A stretch of DNA of 58,273 bases, counting the filler, from Candidatus Desantisbacteria bacterium CG1_02_49_89 (GTDB lineage: Bacteria > Desantisbacteria > UBA1551), in the NCBI GenBank assembly GCA_001871075.1. It is 3 parts of 3 records of this genome, joined end to end, with 100 filler letters (N's around TTAATTAATTAA, not from the genome) between each part and the next. Parts side by side here need not be neighbours in the genome. Positions count along the whole stretch, not along the records: positions 37,716 to 58,273 come from MNUP01000049.1; 2 more parts are not named here. The stretch is one strand, 5' to 3'. This document shows positions 37,824 to 48,533 of the stretch, in pieces. The position numbers were made by a program, and so were the translations under genes. The stretch's first letter is position 1, and each line of letters begins with the position of its first letter. The notes beneath the pieces were generated by a model. It saw only the letters and a list, made by a program, of their open reading frames with translations. It had not been told where the DNA came from and searched no databases.

Positions 37824-38963
37824 ATGGGAAATGTTTTAAAAAAGCAAAATTATTCGAGGCTTGTTGCTGAACTCGCTTCGTTGATTGAACAGGGGCGCAG
37901 GGTAGCGGTGCGGTATGTAAATACCGCCTTGGTGGCAACCTATTGGCTGATGGGTAGGAGGATTGTTGAGTATGAGCAGAAGGGCAAGGAACGGGCGGAA
38001 TATGGGGAGAAATTGCTGAGAAAGATATCTCATGATTTGACTCCGCGATTTGGGAAAGGCTTTACCGAAAGGAATCTTGAACATATGCGCCAGTTCTACC
38101 TTATTTATTCAGAGATTTCGCACACAGTGTGTGCGAAATTGCTAAAAAGGACAGAAAAGAAATCGCACACAGTGTGTGCCGAATTGATTCCAATATCCCA
38201 GACAGTGTCTGGGATTTCCGAAATACTGTCTCGGAAATTTCCACTATCGTGGTCTCATTATCGCCTGATTATGCGGCTTGAAGAAGCCTTCAAGCGCGAA
38301 TTCTATGAAGCAGAATGCGTCCGTGGCAACTGGTCAGTAAGGCAATTGGACAGGCAGATTCAATCTATGCTATACGAAAGGACCGCGCTATCCAAACGCA
38401 AGCTTGCAGTAATTGCAAAAGCCCACGAAAGACCAATAATCCTTAAGCCCGAAGATGAAATTAAAGATCCCTATGTCCTGGAATTTCTTAATCTAAAAGA
38501 TGAATATTCGGAAACACAATTAGAAGAAGCTCTAATCAGGTATCTTGAGCACTTCCTTCTTGAGTTGGGAGTCGGTTTTGCTTTTGTCGCGCGGCAGAAA
38601 AGGATTACGCTTGAAGGCAGCCATTACCGGCTTGACCTCCTTCTCTATCACCGGATTCTGCGATGCCTTGTGGCAATAGACTTAAAAATCGGCGAGTTCA
38701 CTCACTCGGATGCCGGGCAGATGAATCTTTATCTGAATTATCTGAAAGACAAGGAAAGATTTTCAGAAGAAAATGACCCGATAGGCATTATTCTTTGCAC
38801 GGATAAAAAGAAAACAGTTGTTGAATACGCGCTGGGCGGGATGAACAACAGAATATTTGCTTCAAAGTATAAACTGCAGCTACCCGACCCCGAGACCTTA
38901 AAATCAAAAATAGAGCACGAAAAGCAAAGACTTTTGGAAATGAAAATTGTCAAAGCAAGATAG
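37824..38963 (+). CDS. YhcG/DUF1016-family PD-(D/E)XK nuclease protein
   Basis: YWLMGRRIVE, LSWSHY, WSVRQLDRQI, KDPYVLEFL, FLLELG.GF, DLK and GQMNLY motifs. Confidence 0.92.
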   Translation: MGNVLKKQNYSRLVAELASLIEQGRRVAVRYVNTALVATYWLMGRRIVEYEQKGKERAEYGEKLLRKISHDLTPRFGKGFTERNLEHMRQFYLIYSEISHTVCAKLLKRTEKKSHTVCAELIPISQTVSGISEILSRKFPLSWSHYRLIMRLEEAFKREFYEAECVRGNWSVRQLDRQIQSMLYERTALSKRKLAVIAKAHERPIILKPEDEIKDPYVLEFLNLKDEYSETQLEEALIRYLEHFLLELGVGFAFVARQKRITLEGSHYRLDLLLYHRILRCLVAIDLKIGEFTHSDAGQMNLYLNYLKDKERFSEENDPIGIILCTDKKKTVVEYALGGMNNRIFASKYKLQLPDPETLKSKIEHEKQRLLEMKIVKAR

Positions 38964-39182
38964 ATTGCTTCACTATGTTCGCAATGACAGAATGAGCCCC
39001 CTCACTTTAATTCTCTCCCACACTGGGGAGAGAGAAATTGATTCAATGGCATCAGGGCTGAAGCCCTGAGTTACGCCTCTGTGTCTCCGTGCCGTGCCCG
39101 CCAATCTTCAAGGCGTGGTCTCTGTGGGTAATTTTTCTACGATGAACGATGCACGACGAACGATGAACGAGAAGGAGTTGCT

Positions 39183-40136
39183 ATGACGCCCAAAGAGCGT
39201 TTCAAGATCGCGCTGGAATGCAAGCCGCCGCCAAAAGGCCGCGTGCCCCATTTTGAGCTGGTGTTTTTCCTGACCATGGAGGCGTTTGGCAAGGTCCACC
39301 CTTCCCACCGCAGCTTTCACCAGTGGGACCAGATGAGCGAGACAGAAAGGCAGGTCCAGAGGGAGGATATGGCTGACATCTACGTGAAGACAGCTGAACG
39401 TTACGAGCACTCCGCCATATTCCTGCACCCCAATCCCGGAAGCTTTGAAGAGGTCTGCCGGCTCATTGACATCGTGAAGGAAAAAACCAACGATAAATAC
39501 ATGATCATGATCCACGGCGGAGCCACCTACGGGATCCCAAACGGAACCGAAATGGCGAATTTTTCATACTGGCTTGCCGATAAGCCTGACGAAGCGAAAA
39601 AGAACGCGGATACCATGGTCAACAACGCACTTGACACGGCCGCGAAATATAAAAAGCACGGCGGGCTGGACTGTTTCGCTATGTGCACGGACTACTGCCT
39701 TAACACAGGCCCGTTCCTCAGCCCAGGCCAGTTCTCGGAATTCGTGACCCCATACCTTATCAAGCTTGTAAAAGGATATAGGGATATGGGTTTTTACACC
39801 ATAATGCACACGGACGGCAATATTATGCCTATACTTGACCAGCTTGCGCAATCAAAACCTCACGCTTTGCAGTCGCTTGACCCGCAGGCAAAGGTTGATA
39901 TAAAGGAAGTAAAAAAGCTCGTGGGTGACAGGATATGCCTTATAGGGAACGTGAATTGCGGCCTGCTTCAGACAGGCACGGATGAACAGGTCATCGAGTC
40001 AGCAAGATACTGCCTGAAACACGGGATGCCGGGCGGCGGGTACGTATTCTCCACAAGCAACTGCGTTTACACCGGAATGGCGCTGAAGCGGTACGAGCTT
40101 ATTTTGGATGTCTGGCGCAAAAAAGGCAACTACTAA
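39183..40136 (+). CDS. Uroporphyrinogen decarboxylase/methyltransferase-superfamily protein
   Basis: HTDGNI, IGNVNC and GGGYVFSTSN motifs. Confidence 0.85.
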   Translation: MTPKERFKIALECKPPPKGRVPHFELVFFLTMEAFGKVHPSHRSFHQWDQMSETERQVQREDMADIYVKTAERYEHSAIFLHPNPGSFEEVCRLIDIVKEKTNDKYMIMIHGGATYGIPNGTEMANFSYWLADKPDEAKKNADTMVNNALDTAAKYKKHGGLDCFAMCTDYCLNTGPFLSPGQFSEFVTPYLIKLVKGYRDMGFYTIMHTDGNIMPILDQLAQSKPHALQSLDPQAKVDIKEVKKLVGDRICLIGNVNCGLLQTGTDEQVIESARYCLKHGMPGGGYVFSTSNCVYTGMALKRYELILDVWRKKGNY

Positions 40137-40303
40137 AGGATTAACCACGGAGGCACGGAGGCACAGAGAATTCTTCGGCTTTTACAAATGACAAATGACT
40201 AATGACTGCCCTTTAACCACGAATTAACTCGAATTGTTTGCTTCGCAACATTCTTTGTGGGTTACGTCGATAAACGACGAATTGCACGAATTTTGAATTC
40301 CAG

Positions 40304-41328
40304 TTTTAAAATAAATTCCTTGCTGTTGCGTTGACACGTTGATACGCTGACACGTTGACACGTTTTGAAAAAGGAGGCAGCAATGAAAGTCGGATTAAGC
40401 AGCTACAGCTTGATACAGGCGATAAACGCGAAGGAGATGGACCTGCCGGGCGCGGTGGCGTGGATAAAGGAGAACGGCGGCGAGCACGTGGAGATAGCGT
40501 ATGACATCTTTGACCAGCCGCAGATGGCGGAAACGCTGAAGAAGAAGGCGAAGGACGTGGGGATAGATATTTCAAGTTACACGATAGGCGCCGGGTTCCT
40601 GCAGGCGAATAAGGAAGATTTTGAAAAGGAAGTAGCAAGGGTGAAAAAGCAGGTGGACATAGCCGCGGCGATGGGGGTTAAGCTTATGCGCCACGACGCG
40701 GCGTCCAGGCCGCCCAACGAGTGCGTGATCGAGCAGTTTGACAAAGACCTGCCCCAGATAGTTGACGGTTGCGGCAAGGTCGCGGACTACGCGAAACAGT
40801 TCGGCATCACGACAAGCGTTGAGAACCACGGGTATTTCATGCAGGCAAGCGATAGAATAAGGCTGCTTGTCAAAAAAGTCAACAGGGAAAATTTCAGGAC
40901 AACCCTGGACGCGGGGAATTTCATGTGCGTTGACGAGGACCCGATAGCCGCGACAAAGAACAACATATCCATCGCTTCCCACGTTCACTTCAAGGATTTC
41001 TATTTCAGGCCCGCTCACGCGAATCCCGGAGAGGGCTGGTTCCCCACCCTGCACGGCAATTTCCTGAGAGGCTCGATCGTGGGCCAGGGAGACATCGACA
41101 TAAGGACGGTTCTTAAGATCATAAAGGATTCCGGGTACAACGGATGCCTGTCAATCGAGTTCGAGGGCTTAGAAGAATGCAAGATGGGCTCAAGGGCGGG
41201 AATGGCGTTCGTTAAGAAGGCTCTGGCTGAGATATAAATAAGTCCACAGTCCACGGTCCACCGTTTAAAGCGTGTCAACGTATCAACGTATCAACGTGTC
41301 AGAGCAAAAACAAGGAATTTATTTAAAA
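40304..41328. repeat. About 65-bp inverted repeat pair (40304-40370 / 41264-41328) bracketing the isomerase gene
   Basis: TTTTAAAATAAATTCCTTG...(TGACACGT)n...GAAA versus its near-exact reverse complement after the stop. Confidence 0.9.
40383..41237 (+). CDS. Sugar phosphate isomerase/epimerase
   Basis: MRHD, VENHG, LDAGNF, HFKDF and SIEFEG motifs. Confidence 0.88.
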   Translation: MKVGLSSYSLIQAINAKEMDLPGAVAWIKENGGEHVEIAYDIFDQPQMAETLKKKAKDVGIDISSYTIGAGFLQANKEDFEKEVARVKKQVDIAAAMGVKLMRHDAASRPPNECVIEQFDKDLPQIVDGCGKVADYAKQFGITTSVENHGYFMQASDRIRLLVKKVNRENFRTTLDAGNFMCVDEDPIAATKNNISIASHVHFKDFYFRPAHANPGEGWFPTLHGNFLRGSIVGQGDIDIRTVLKIIKDSGYNGCLSIEFEGLEECKMGSRAGMAFVKKALAEI

Positions 41329-41421
41329 CCTCAGTGAATTCAGCGGTAAAATCGGTATTTATCCGTATGCATCCGTATTTTCTAATCCGTATGCATCCGC
41401 GAACACAAAAGGAGAAGAACA

Positions 41422-42522
41422 ATGGAGAAGATCAAGATTGGGGTGATAGGGTGCGGGAACATAAGCCCTATTTATTTCACGAACCTGAAAAAGTTTGATT
41501 TTCTGCAGGTCGCGGCGTGTTCGGACCTGCTGATCGAAAGGGCGAAGGCAAGGGCGAATGAGTATAAGATACCGAAGGCTTGCAGCGTGAAAGAACTGCT
41601 GGCTGACCCGGAGATCAAGGTAGTGCTGAACCTTACAATACCCATTGTCCACGCTGAAGTTGACCTCCAGATACTGACAGCGGGTAAGCACTCATACGCG
41701 GAAAAACCGCTTGCCGCGAACCGTAATGACGGCAAAAAGGTAATGAGCGAGGCAAAAAAGAGGAGCCTGCGCGTAGGCTCTGCGCCTGACACGTTTCTTG
41801 GCGGGGGCATCCAGACCTGCAGGAAGCTCATCGATGACGGTTTTATAGGGAAACCTGTTGCCGGAACATCTTTTATGCTCTGCCACGGCCACGAGACCTG
41901 GCACCCTGACCCGGACTTCTACTACCAGAAAGGCGGAGGCCCGATGTTCGATATGGGCCCCTATTACCTGACAGCGCTTATCAACCTGCTGGGACCGGTA
42001 AAGCGGGTCGCGGCGTCAACAAAAATGACTTTTCCTGAGCGGCTTATCACCAGCCAGCCGAAAAATGGGACCATTATAAAGGTAAACACTACAACCCATC
42101 TTGCGGGAGTTATGGATTTCGCGAACGGAGCCATTGTTTCAATGATAACCAGCTTCGACGTCTGGTCAGCAGGCCTTCCGTGCATAGAAATATACGGGAC
42201 AGAAGGTTGTATCAGGGTGCCTGACCCCAACGGTTTCGGCGGGCCGGTGGTCGTTTTCAAGAAGGGCTCAAAAGCGTGGGCTGAAACTCCCCTTTCCCAT
42301 GGCTACTCTGAGAACAGCCGGGGTCTGGGTGTCGCGGATATGGCAAAAGCGATTATCTCCGAAAGGAAGCACAGGGCGAGCGGTGACATGGCATTCCACG
42401 TGCTTGACATAATGCAGTCTTATGACGAATCCTCGGATGCAGGCAGGCATATTGAGATCAAGAGCACGTGCGAGCGCCCCCAGGCATTGCCAGCGGGATT
42501 GGGGTTCGGCCAAGTCGATTAA
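41422..42522 (+). CDS. Gfo/Idh/MocA family oxidoreductase
   Basis: GVIGCGNIS, EKP, APDTFLG and DMGPYY motifs. Confidence 0.9.
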   Translation: MEKIKIGVIGCGNISPIYFTNLKKFDFLQVAACSDLLIERAKARANEYKIPKACSVKELLADPEIKVVLNLTIPIVHAEVDLQILTAGKHSYAEKPLAANRNDGKKVMSEAKKRSLRVGSAPDTFLGGGIQTCRKLIDDGFIGKPVAGTSFMLCHGHETWHPDPDFYYQKGGGPMFDMGPYYLTALINLLGPVKRVAASTKMTFPERLITSQPKNGTIIKVNTTTHLAGVMDFANGAIVSMITSFDVWSAGLPCIEIYGTEGCIRVPDPNGFGGPVVVFKKGSKAWAETPLSHGYSENSRGLGVADMAKAIISERKHRASGDMAFHVLDIMQSYDESSDAGRHIEIKSTCERPQALPAGLGFGQVD

Positions 42523-42636
42523 AAACATTTCAAATTTCAAATTGCAAATTTCAAATTGCAAATTTAATCCCTTGAACTTCGGAACCTTTTTAACATCCAG
42601 CATTTAGCATCCAGCATCCAGCAAATAAAGGGAAAC

Positions 42637-43434
42637 ATGGAACGCATACCTGTGTTATTATGGGAAAAAGACGCGCCCGGAGCAACGGGCACAGGGCCTG
42701 AAGACTGCCCGCGGCTTACTTCCTATCTCTTGAAAACCGGCAAGCCGGACAGCGTGGTAATAGTCTGCCCGGGCGGAGGGTATGCTGCAAGGGCTGACCA
42801 CGAAAAAGAACCGATCTCTTTATGGCTGAACTCAATAGGCGTTTCAAGTTTTGTGCTGGACTACAGGGTCGCGCCTTATAAGTATCCTGTGCAGCTGTGG
42901 GACGCGCAAAGGGCCGTAAGGCTGGTCCGCCACAAAGCTAAGGAGTTCAATATTGACCCGAACCGCGTTGGAATGCTGGGTTTTTCAGCCGCAGGCCATC
43001 TTACGTCAATGCTTGGCACTCATTTTGACAGCGGAAAAAAGGATGACCCTGACCCGGTTGAAAGGCAGAGCTGCAGGCCTGACCTGATGATCCTGTGCTA
43101 CCCGGTCATTTCAGCCGGGCAATTCATTGAGCCGGGTTCTTTTTCAAACCTTCTCGGCGAGAAAGCCACAAAGGATTTGCTGGATTCCATTTCAAGCGAG
43201 AAACAGGTGACTGCAGACACCCCTCCCGCGTTTATATGGCATACCCGGGACGACCAGGCTGTGTCGGTCGAGAACTCCATTCTTTTTGCGGAAGCTCTTA
43301 AAAAATTCAATGTCGCTTATGAATTGCATATTTTTGAGAGCGGTCCGCACGGCCTTGGACTTGCAAGCGATAACCCAAGTGTAAGCGCCTGGACAAAGTT
43401 ATGTGAAAAATGGCTCAAAAAGCAAAATTTCTAG
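42637..43434 (+). CDS. Alpha/beta hydrolase (carbohydrate esterase-like)
   Basis: CPGGGY, GFSAAGH nucleophile elbow, D and HGLG catalytic motifs. Confidence 0.88.
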   Translation: MERIPVLLWEKDAPGATGTGPEDCPRLTSYLLKTGKPDSVVIVCPGGGYAARADHEKEPISLWLNSIGVSSFVLDYRVAPYKYPVQLWDAQRAVRLVRHKAKEFNIDPNRVGMLGFSAAGHLTSMLGTHFDSGKKDDPDPVERQSCRPDLMILCYPVISAGQFIEPGSFSNLLGEKATKDLLDSISSEKQVTADTPPAFIWHTRDDQAVSVENSILFAEALKKFNVAYELHIFESGPHGLGLASDNPSVSAWTKLCEKWLKKQNF

Positions 43435-43574
43435 CAGTCTGCATCTGTAACTCAGGACTTTTCGAAGACCCGCCAATTCTTAAGGTGGGAGTCCTGAGAA
43501 TCTCAAACCTAAAGGTTTGAGTTACTCAAAACAGTGTTTACCTGTGTTAACCTGTGGTAGAAAAGGAGGTTTTA

Positions 43575-44743
43575 ATGCCGGAATTTTATTTAAAGGACAA
43601 ACTCGACTTCGCCGCGCACAATGAGGAAGTTTCGAAGGTCCTGGACGCCTATAATAAAGGAACGCCAACCCGGGTACCTGTGCAGTTATCAATGAACCCC
43701 AGGATGATACTGCTGAATCCCGAGCTTAACACAAAAGGAATTACCTGGAAGCAATATTTCGAAAAACCCGACACGCGCTGGGAAGTGGACCTGCAATTCC
43801 AGAAATGGGTAAGGTTCAACGTCATGCAGGATGTTGAGATGGGCTTTCCGCAGAAGGAATGGGGCGGCATAGGAGTAGGATATTCAAACTGCGACGAAGC
43901 AGCTTGGTTCGGCTGCCCTATCGTGTATCCGAAGAGCGATATGCCGTTCATTGAGCCAATACTGAAAGAAAATAAAAAAAACTTTATGACATACCAAACC
44001 CAGCGCCTTTTGACAGCCCTATTATGAGAAAATCGATCGAGGACCACGAGTACCTGGAAGAAAAGCGTAAAAAGACGGAATTTGAAGGAAAGCCGGTTGG
44101 CAGGGGAAGCATATTCGGGGGCGGGACAGACGGCCCCCTTACGATCGCCTGCAATCTTCGAGGAGCAAGCGAAGTCGCGATGGATTTTTATGAGGACCCC
44201 AAATACACGCACAACCTACTGTCTTTTATAACAGATTCGGTGATAGCAAGGATAAAAAAGGTATATGAATATATGAAGATAGAATATCCCGGGCAGGGCT
44301 GGGGATTCGCGGACGACAGCGTAGAGCTTATCTCTACCGAAATGTATAAGGAGTTCATCCTTCCCTACCATAAAAAATTACTGGCCGAATTCTCAAAAGG
44401 CGGGCCGAACGGCATTCACCTGTGCGGCAAAGTGCAGAGGCATATGAAGTTCCTGAGAGATGAAATAAACATAAAGACCTTTGACCTGGGTTTTCCCACG
44501 GATATGGGAAAAGCCAGGGCTGAACTGGGGGAAGACGTGCTTTTGATCGGCAACATCGCGCCGCACCTGCTGAAACTTGGGCCTGAGCAGGCGATTATAG
44601 ACGCTGTAAAGGACCTGTGCGGGTCAGGAGTGATGAAGGGCGGGAAGTTCATCCTGCACGACGGCAACAACTGCGCCCCGCTTACGCCGGTAAGCCACTT
44701 CCGGGCGATGTATGAGGCGGGGAAGCAGTATGGGATATACTGA
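43575..44743 (+). pseudogene. UroD-superfamily protein split by a frameshift at the A8 run 43974-43981 (may be a sequencing error)
   Basis: ILKENKK continues in the -1 frame as LYDIPNPAPFDSPIMRK into ORF 44024-44743 (GPLTIA, ADD, IHLCG, GNI). Confidence 0.75.
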
Positions 44744-44773
44744 AGTTAAAGGTGAAAAGTTGAAGGTTAAAGG

Positions 44774-45970
44774 TTGAAAACTATACTGCTTACTATATTT
44801 TTAATTGGGGTGGGTTTAAATACCGGAGTTACAGCGGAAGGAGCAAAATTGGAGCAAAAGACAGAGGAGTTTTTTCCTATAGGGGTGTGGTTTGAGGGAG
44901 CTCCGGGACCGGCTGAATATCCTGCTGACAAGGCAGGCGCGAAGAAATATTATGACCGCTGTTTCGCAGACCTTGCCGCTCACGGGTTTAACTGCGTTGC
45001 TGTGCCGAACTGCCCTGAATCTTTGTGGCAGACGCTCCTGGAGTCAGCGCAGGAGAACAAAATAAAAGTCATTCTCGAGGTCAGACCGCTTGTGGAACTT
45101 ATCTGCCGGGACAAACCCTTGAAAGAAACGGAAGTTTACAAGACCGTGAAAAGAGTTGTTGATAAGATAGGCAATTACTCTTCCCTTCTGCGGTACCAGG
45201 TCAGGGATGAACCCCCTCCTGAGCAGGTCCAAAACTGGCTTGTGGTCAGGAACGCGCTCGAAGAGATCGACCCGTCCCGCCCCGCGTTCTCCTGTTTCTG
45301 CAACCCGGATTCTCTGAAGGCCGCGACTGACGCCGCTAAATTCTCCGAAACATGTTTTGATATCTACCCGCATTACGCGAAAGTGCCTGCGCAGACCCTG
45401 GGTAATTTCATAGAATTGCTTTATAAATTCAAAAGGGCGTCCAGGGATAATGCGATGTGGGCGGTGCTGCAGTCCTTTGCCAAGCCTGAAGCGTGGCGGT
45501 ATCCTTCGCCTGAGGAACTGCGAGCAGTGACATATTTGTCTATTGCGGCAGGAGCAAAAGGTATTTTCTATTTCCTTTACCAGACAATGCCGAAGCATTC
45601 AGAAGTGCTTGACGGGCTTATTAACGTTGACGGCAGCCCAAGGCCATTATATTCCACGGCTGAAACGCTCGCGCGCGAGCTCGGAAAGCTTGCCCCGCTC
45701 TTGATGTCTCTGAAGCCTGCGGAACAGACGGCTGAAATTTCCGGGCCTGCCCGCGCAGGCAGTTTTAAGGACCCGAATGGCAATCCTGTTTTGATAGTGG
45801 CAAGCGCGCGGCCCGGTGAGGGTGTGACCGTGACCGTGAGCGTGACGACGCTTGAAACAGGAAGCTGGAAGGACGCGCTGACCGGCGAGGTATTTTCCGC
45901 CAAGAACGGAGAACTCGCGATCCCGCTCGCTCCCGGCGCCGGCCGAGTCCTCAAAAGCACAAAAGATTAA
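44774..45970 (+). CDS. Secreted hypothetical glycoside-hydrolase-like TIM-barrel protein
   Basis: Signal peptide; FFPIGVW, GFNCV, RDEP, DIYP and GAKGIFYF motifs. Confidence 0.65.
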   Translation: MKTILLTIFLIGVGLNTGVTAEGAKLEQKTEEFFPIGVWFEGAPGPAEYPADKAGAKKYYDRCFADLAAHGFNCVAVPNCPESLWQTLLESAQENKIKVILEVRPLVELICRDKPLKETEVYKTVKRVVDKIGNYSSLLRYQVRDEPPPEQVQNWLVVRNALEEIDPSRPAFSCFCNPDSLKAATDAAKFSETCFDIYPHYAKVPAQTLGNFIELLYKFKRASRDNAMWAVLQSFAKPEAWRYPSPEELRAVTYLSIAAGAKGIFYFLYQTMPKHSEVLDGLINVDGSPRPLYSTAETLARELGKLAPLLMSLKPAEQTAEISGPARAGSFKDPNGNPVLIVASARPGEGVTVTVSVTTLETGSWKDALTGEVFSAKNGELAIPLAPGAGRVLKSTKD

Positions 45971-46508
45971 CCACGGAGGCACGGAGACACAGAGGAATAT
46001 TTGGCTCATATTAAAAACTTACCACGGAAGCGCGGAAAGACGGAAACACGGAGAATTCTTCGGCTTTTACAAATGACTAATGACTGTTTTTTTAACCACG
46101 GATTAGCACGGATTTCCACGGATAAGAACCTTTTGGGAACTGTAATAGAGCCCTAGGAGTAGAGCACTGGGAGTAAACCCTTTAGGGTCGTTTAAACGGG
46201 GCTCCCTCCTTAAGGACTGGCGGGTCTTCGAAAAGCCCTCCGAAGAGTCCGTATACTCCGTCCTTTCGGAGTCATCGGACCTACTCCTAAATAATTTCCA
46301 CGAAAGCCCTCTGCTGCTCCGAAGAACTTGTAGCAAAACGCGAGGACCTCCGGGTCAGAACTGAGCTAATGACCCTACGGCACTGAAGGCACAGAGACAC
46401 AGGGAAATCTTTTCTGGTTTCAAACTTGACACTTGATACTTGGCTCTTGATACTTAAGATAATCACCGTAATCGCAGTTGAAAATCACCGTAATCAAAAG
46501 GAGTCAAA

Positions 46509-47507
46509 GTGATAAGATTTGGCCAGATCGGGGTCGGAGGGGAAGGCACTATATACACGCCGATAATAGCGGAAAATCCCGCGTGCAGGCTTGCAGCGGT
46601 GTGCGACATCAACAAGGAAGTCCTTGACAGGGTTGCCGGGGAACGGAAGGCGAATGCTTACACGGATTTCAGGGAAATGATAGAGAAGGAAGACCTGGAT
46701 GCGGTTGCCATAATCCTCCCCCACTATCTTTATCCTGAGGCAGTGGGGCTTGCCGCGAAAAAGAACCTTCACATCCTGCAGGAAAAGCCGTTCGCGAGGA
46801 ACCTGCCAGACGCGAAAAAGATAGTCAAAGCGCTGAAAGGCTACAAAGGAATATACATGCTGAGCGCGCAGAGGAAATACAGCCCTGCTTTCCAGAAGGC
46901 GAAAGAGATAATAAAGAGCGGCAGCATCGGGAAAGTCCAGCTTATCGAGGCGTACGCGCAATACAGGTTTACCAGGACTTCTGAGTCTTTCGGGTGGAGG
47001 ACGAAAAAGAAGCTTTCCGGAGGGCTTGCTATAATTGATTTCGGGTGGCATATGCTTGACACGATATACTGGATAAAGGGCATGCCTTCAAGGGTTTACG
47101 CGAATACCTGCGGCATAAAAGCGCTTGAGGGAAAGAACGACATAGACGAAACCGCGAACATAATACTTGAATACGCGGACGGTTCATCAGCGGTGGTGCT
47201 GACCTCTATTACCTCCATCGGCAGGTGCTGGGAGTTCACATTTCAGTGCACCAAGGGTACAATAAAATTCTCGCCCTGCTTAGTTGAAACCTATGACAAG
47301 GAAAAACTGATTGAAAAGCTGGATATCACGAAAACAGAGCCTGAAATGTTCGCGGCGCAGTTCAACGTATTCCTGAACGCGGTGCAGACAGGGAAAAAAC
47401 CGCTGACAGGCCCAGCGTACGGCCTGAACCTTTCCCGCATCGCCGAGGCCGCGTACCGGTCAGCTTCGTCCGGCAAGCCAGTGCTCCTTAAAAACTTAAC
47501 TGGTTAA
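46509..47507 (+). CDS. Gfo/Idh/MocA family oxidoreductase
   Basis: Rossmann start, EKP and GG..IDFGWH motifs; AGGAG RBS. Confidence 0.88.
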   Translation: MIRFGQIGVGGEGTIYTPIIAENPACRLAAVCDINKEVLDRVAGERKANAYTDFREMIEKEDLDAVAIILPHYLYPEAVGLAAKKNLHILQEKPFARNLPDAKKIVKALKGYKGIYMLSAQRKYSPAFQKAKEIIKSGSIGKVQLIEAYAQYRFTRTSESFGWRTKKKLSGGLAIIDFGWHMLDTIYWIKGMPSRVYANTCGIKALEGKNDIDETANIILEYADGSSAVVLTSITSIGRCWEFTFQCTKGTIKFSPCLVETYDKEKLIEKLDITKTEPEMFAAQFNVFLNAVQTGKKPLTGPAYGLNLSRIAEAAYRSASSGKPVLLKNLTG

Positions 47508-47618
47508 AAGGGTTAAAGGGGTTAAAAAGGTTAAAAGTTGAAAGCTTATGCCCGAGCTTACAAGCTAACAAGCTTATAAGTTTACAAGCAAGTTTGATTT
47601 AAAAAGAGTACTTTGATT

Positions 47619-48533
47619 ATGAGCAAAAACAAAAAGATAGCTTATTTTATATTGTTGGAAATATTGGCAATTATTTTTGCTTACTTTCCATCAATGTTGT
47701 TTAAATTAGAAGCAGAAAGTTTTAAATTTAACCATATTTTATCAATTATTTATGTGCTAATACCATATATTAGTTTCATGCTGCTTCCTTTAATAATATT
47801 TGTTTTAGGATTTGCAAGAAAATTAGATAAATTCTTAACTGCAATAGCTTTAATTCTATTTATTTTATGGCTTGCGTTTATAGCATATTTAGTCTTTGCT
47901 TGTAACAAAGGCTTTTCGCCAATTATTTTCTCCTTCTTGACAGCCCTCCCTGCTGCGGTTTTTTTTGGCGGAGCAAGTATAATAGGTTATTTATCAAACC
48001 AATTAAGAAAATCTTCTGAAAAAGATATGAAAGAGGAACCATTAATAAAAGAATTTAGTATCTATGAGATAAATTCTAAGGAGAATTTACTAGATATACA
48101 AGGCTATCTTCATGATGCAAAATGTAATGATAATGAGATTAAATATGATACAGAAAGCGGAAAGATCGACATCATTTTTGACAGGCAAGGTTTAGGGGAT
48201 TCTTTCAATAAAAAAATTAAAACTGACTTTATACTTTTTCAAATATTTGAATACCCAATTGTTAGAAGCCTTCTTCACCTGGAAGACATATCTTCCTGCA
48301 AACTAACTCCTACAGCTAAAAATATAAAGGTTCATACTTTTGATGGAATTCGGTTTGAGAACGATAAATACCGCCTTTATTTTTACTGGTTAACAATGGA
48401 TATAGATTTTAAAACATCACCCAAGGGATTCCTGAAGGATTTGGAATTAAGTAAAGATAAGATCGGCAGATATACTGGTTTTAAATACGTCTTTCCATTC
48501 GGAAGCTACACAGTGAAGCGTATTAAAAAATAG
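47619..48533 (+). CDS. AT-rich hypothetical protein, four N-terminal TM segments plus a soluble domain
   Basis: About 304-aa ORF with markedly lower GC than its neighbours. Confidence 0.7.
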   Translation: MSKNKKIAYFILLEILAIIFAYFPSMLFKLEAESFKFNHILSIIYVLIPYISFMLLPLIIFVLGFARKLDKFLTAIALILFILWLAFIAYLVFACNKGFSPIIFSFLTALPAAVFFGGASIIGYLSNQLRKSSEKDMKEEPLIKEFSIYEINSKENLLDIQGYLHDAKCNDNEIKYDTESGKIDIIFDRQGLGDSFNKKIKTDFILFQIFEYPIVRSLLHLEDISSCKLTPTAKNIKVHTFDGIRFENDKYRLYFYWLTMDIDFKTSPKGFLKDLELSKDKIGRYTGFKYVFPFGSYTVKRIKK

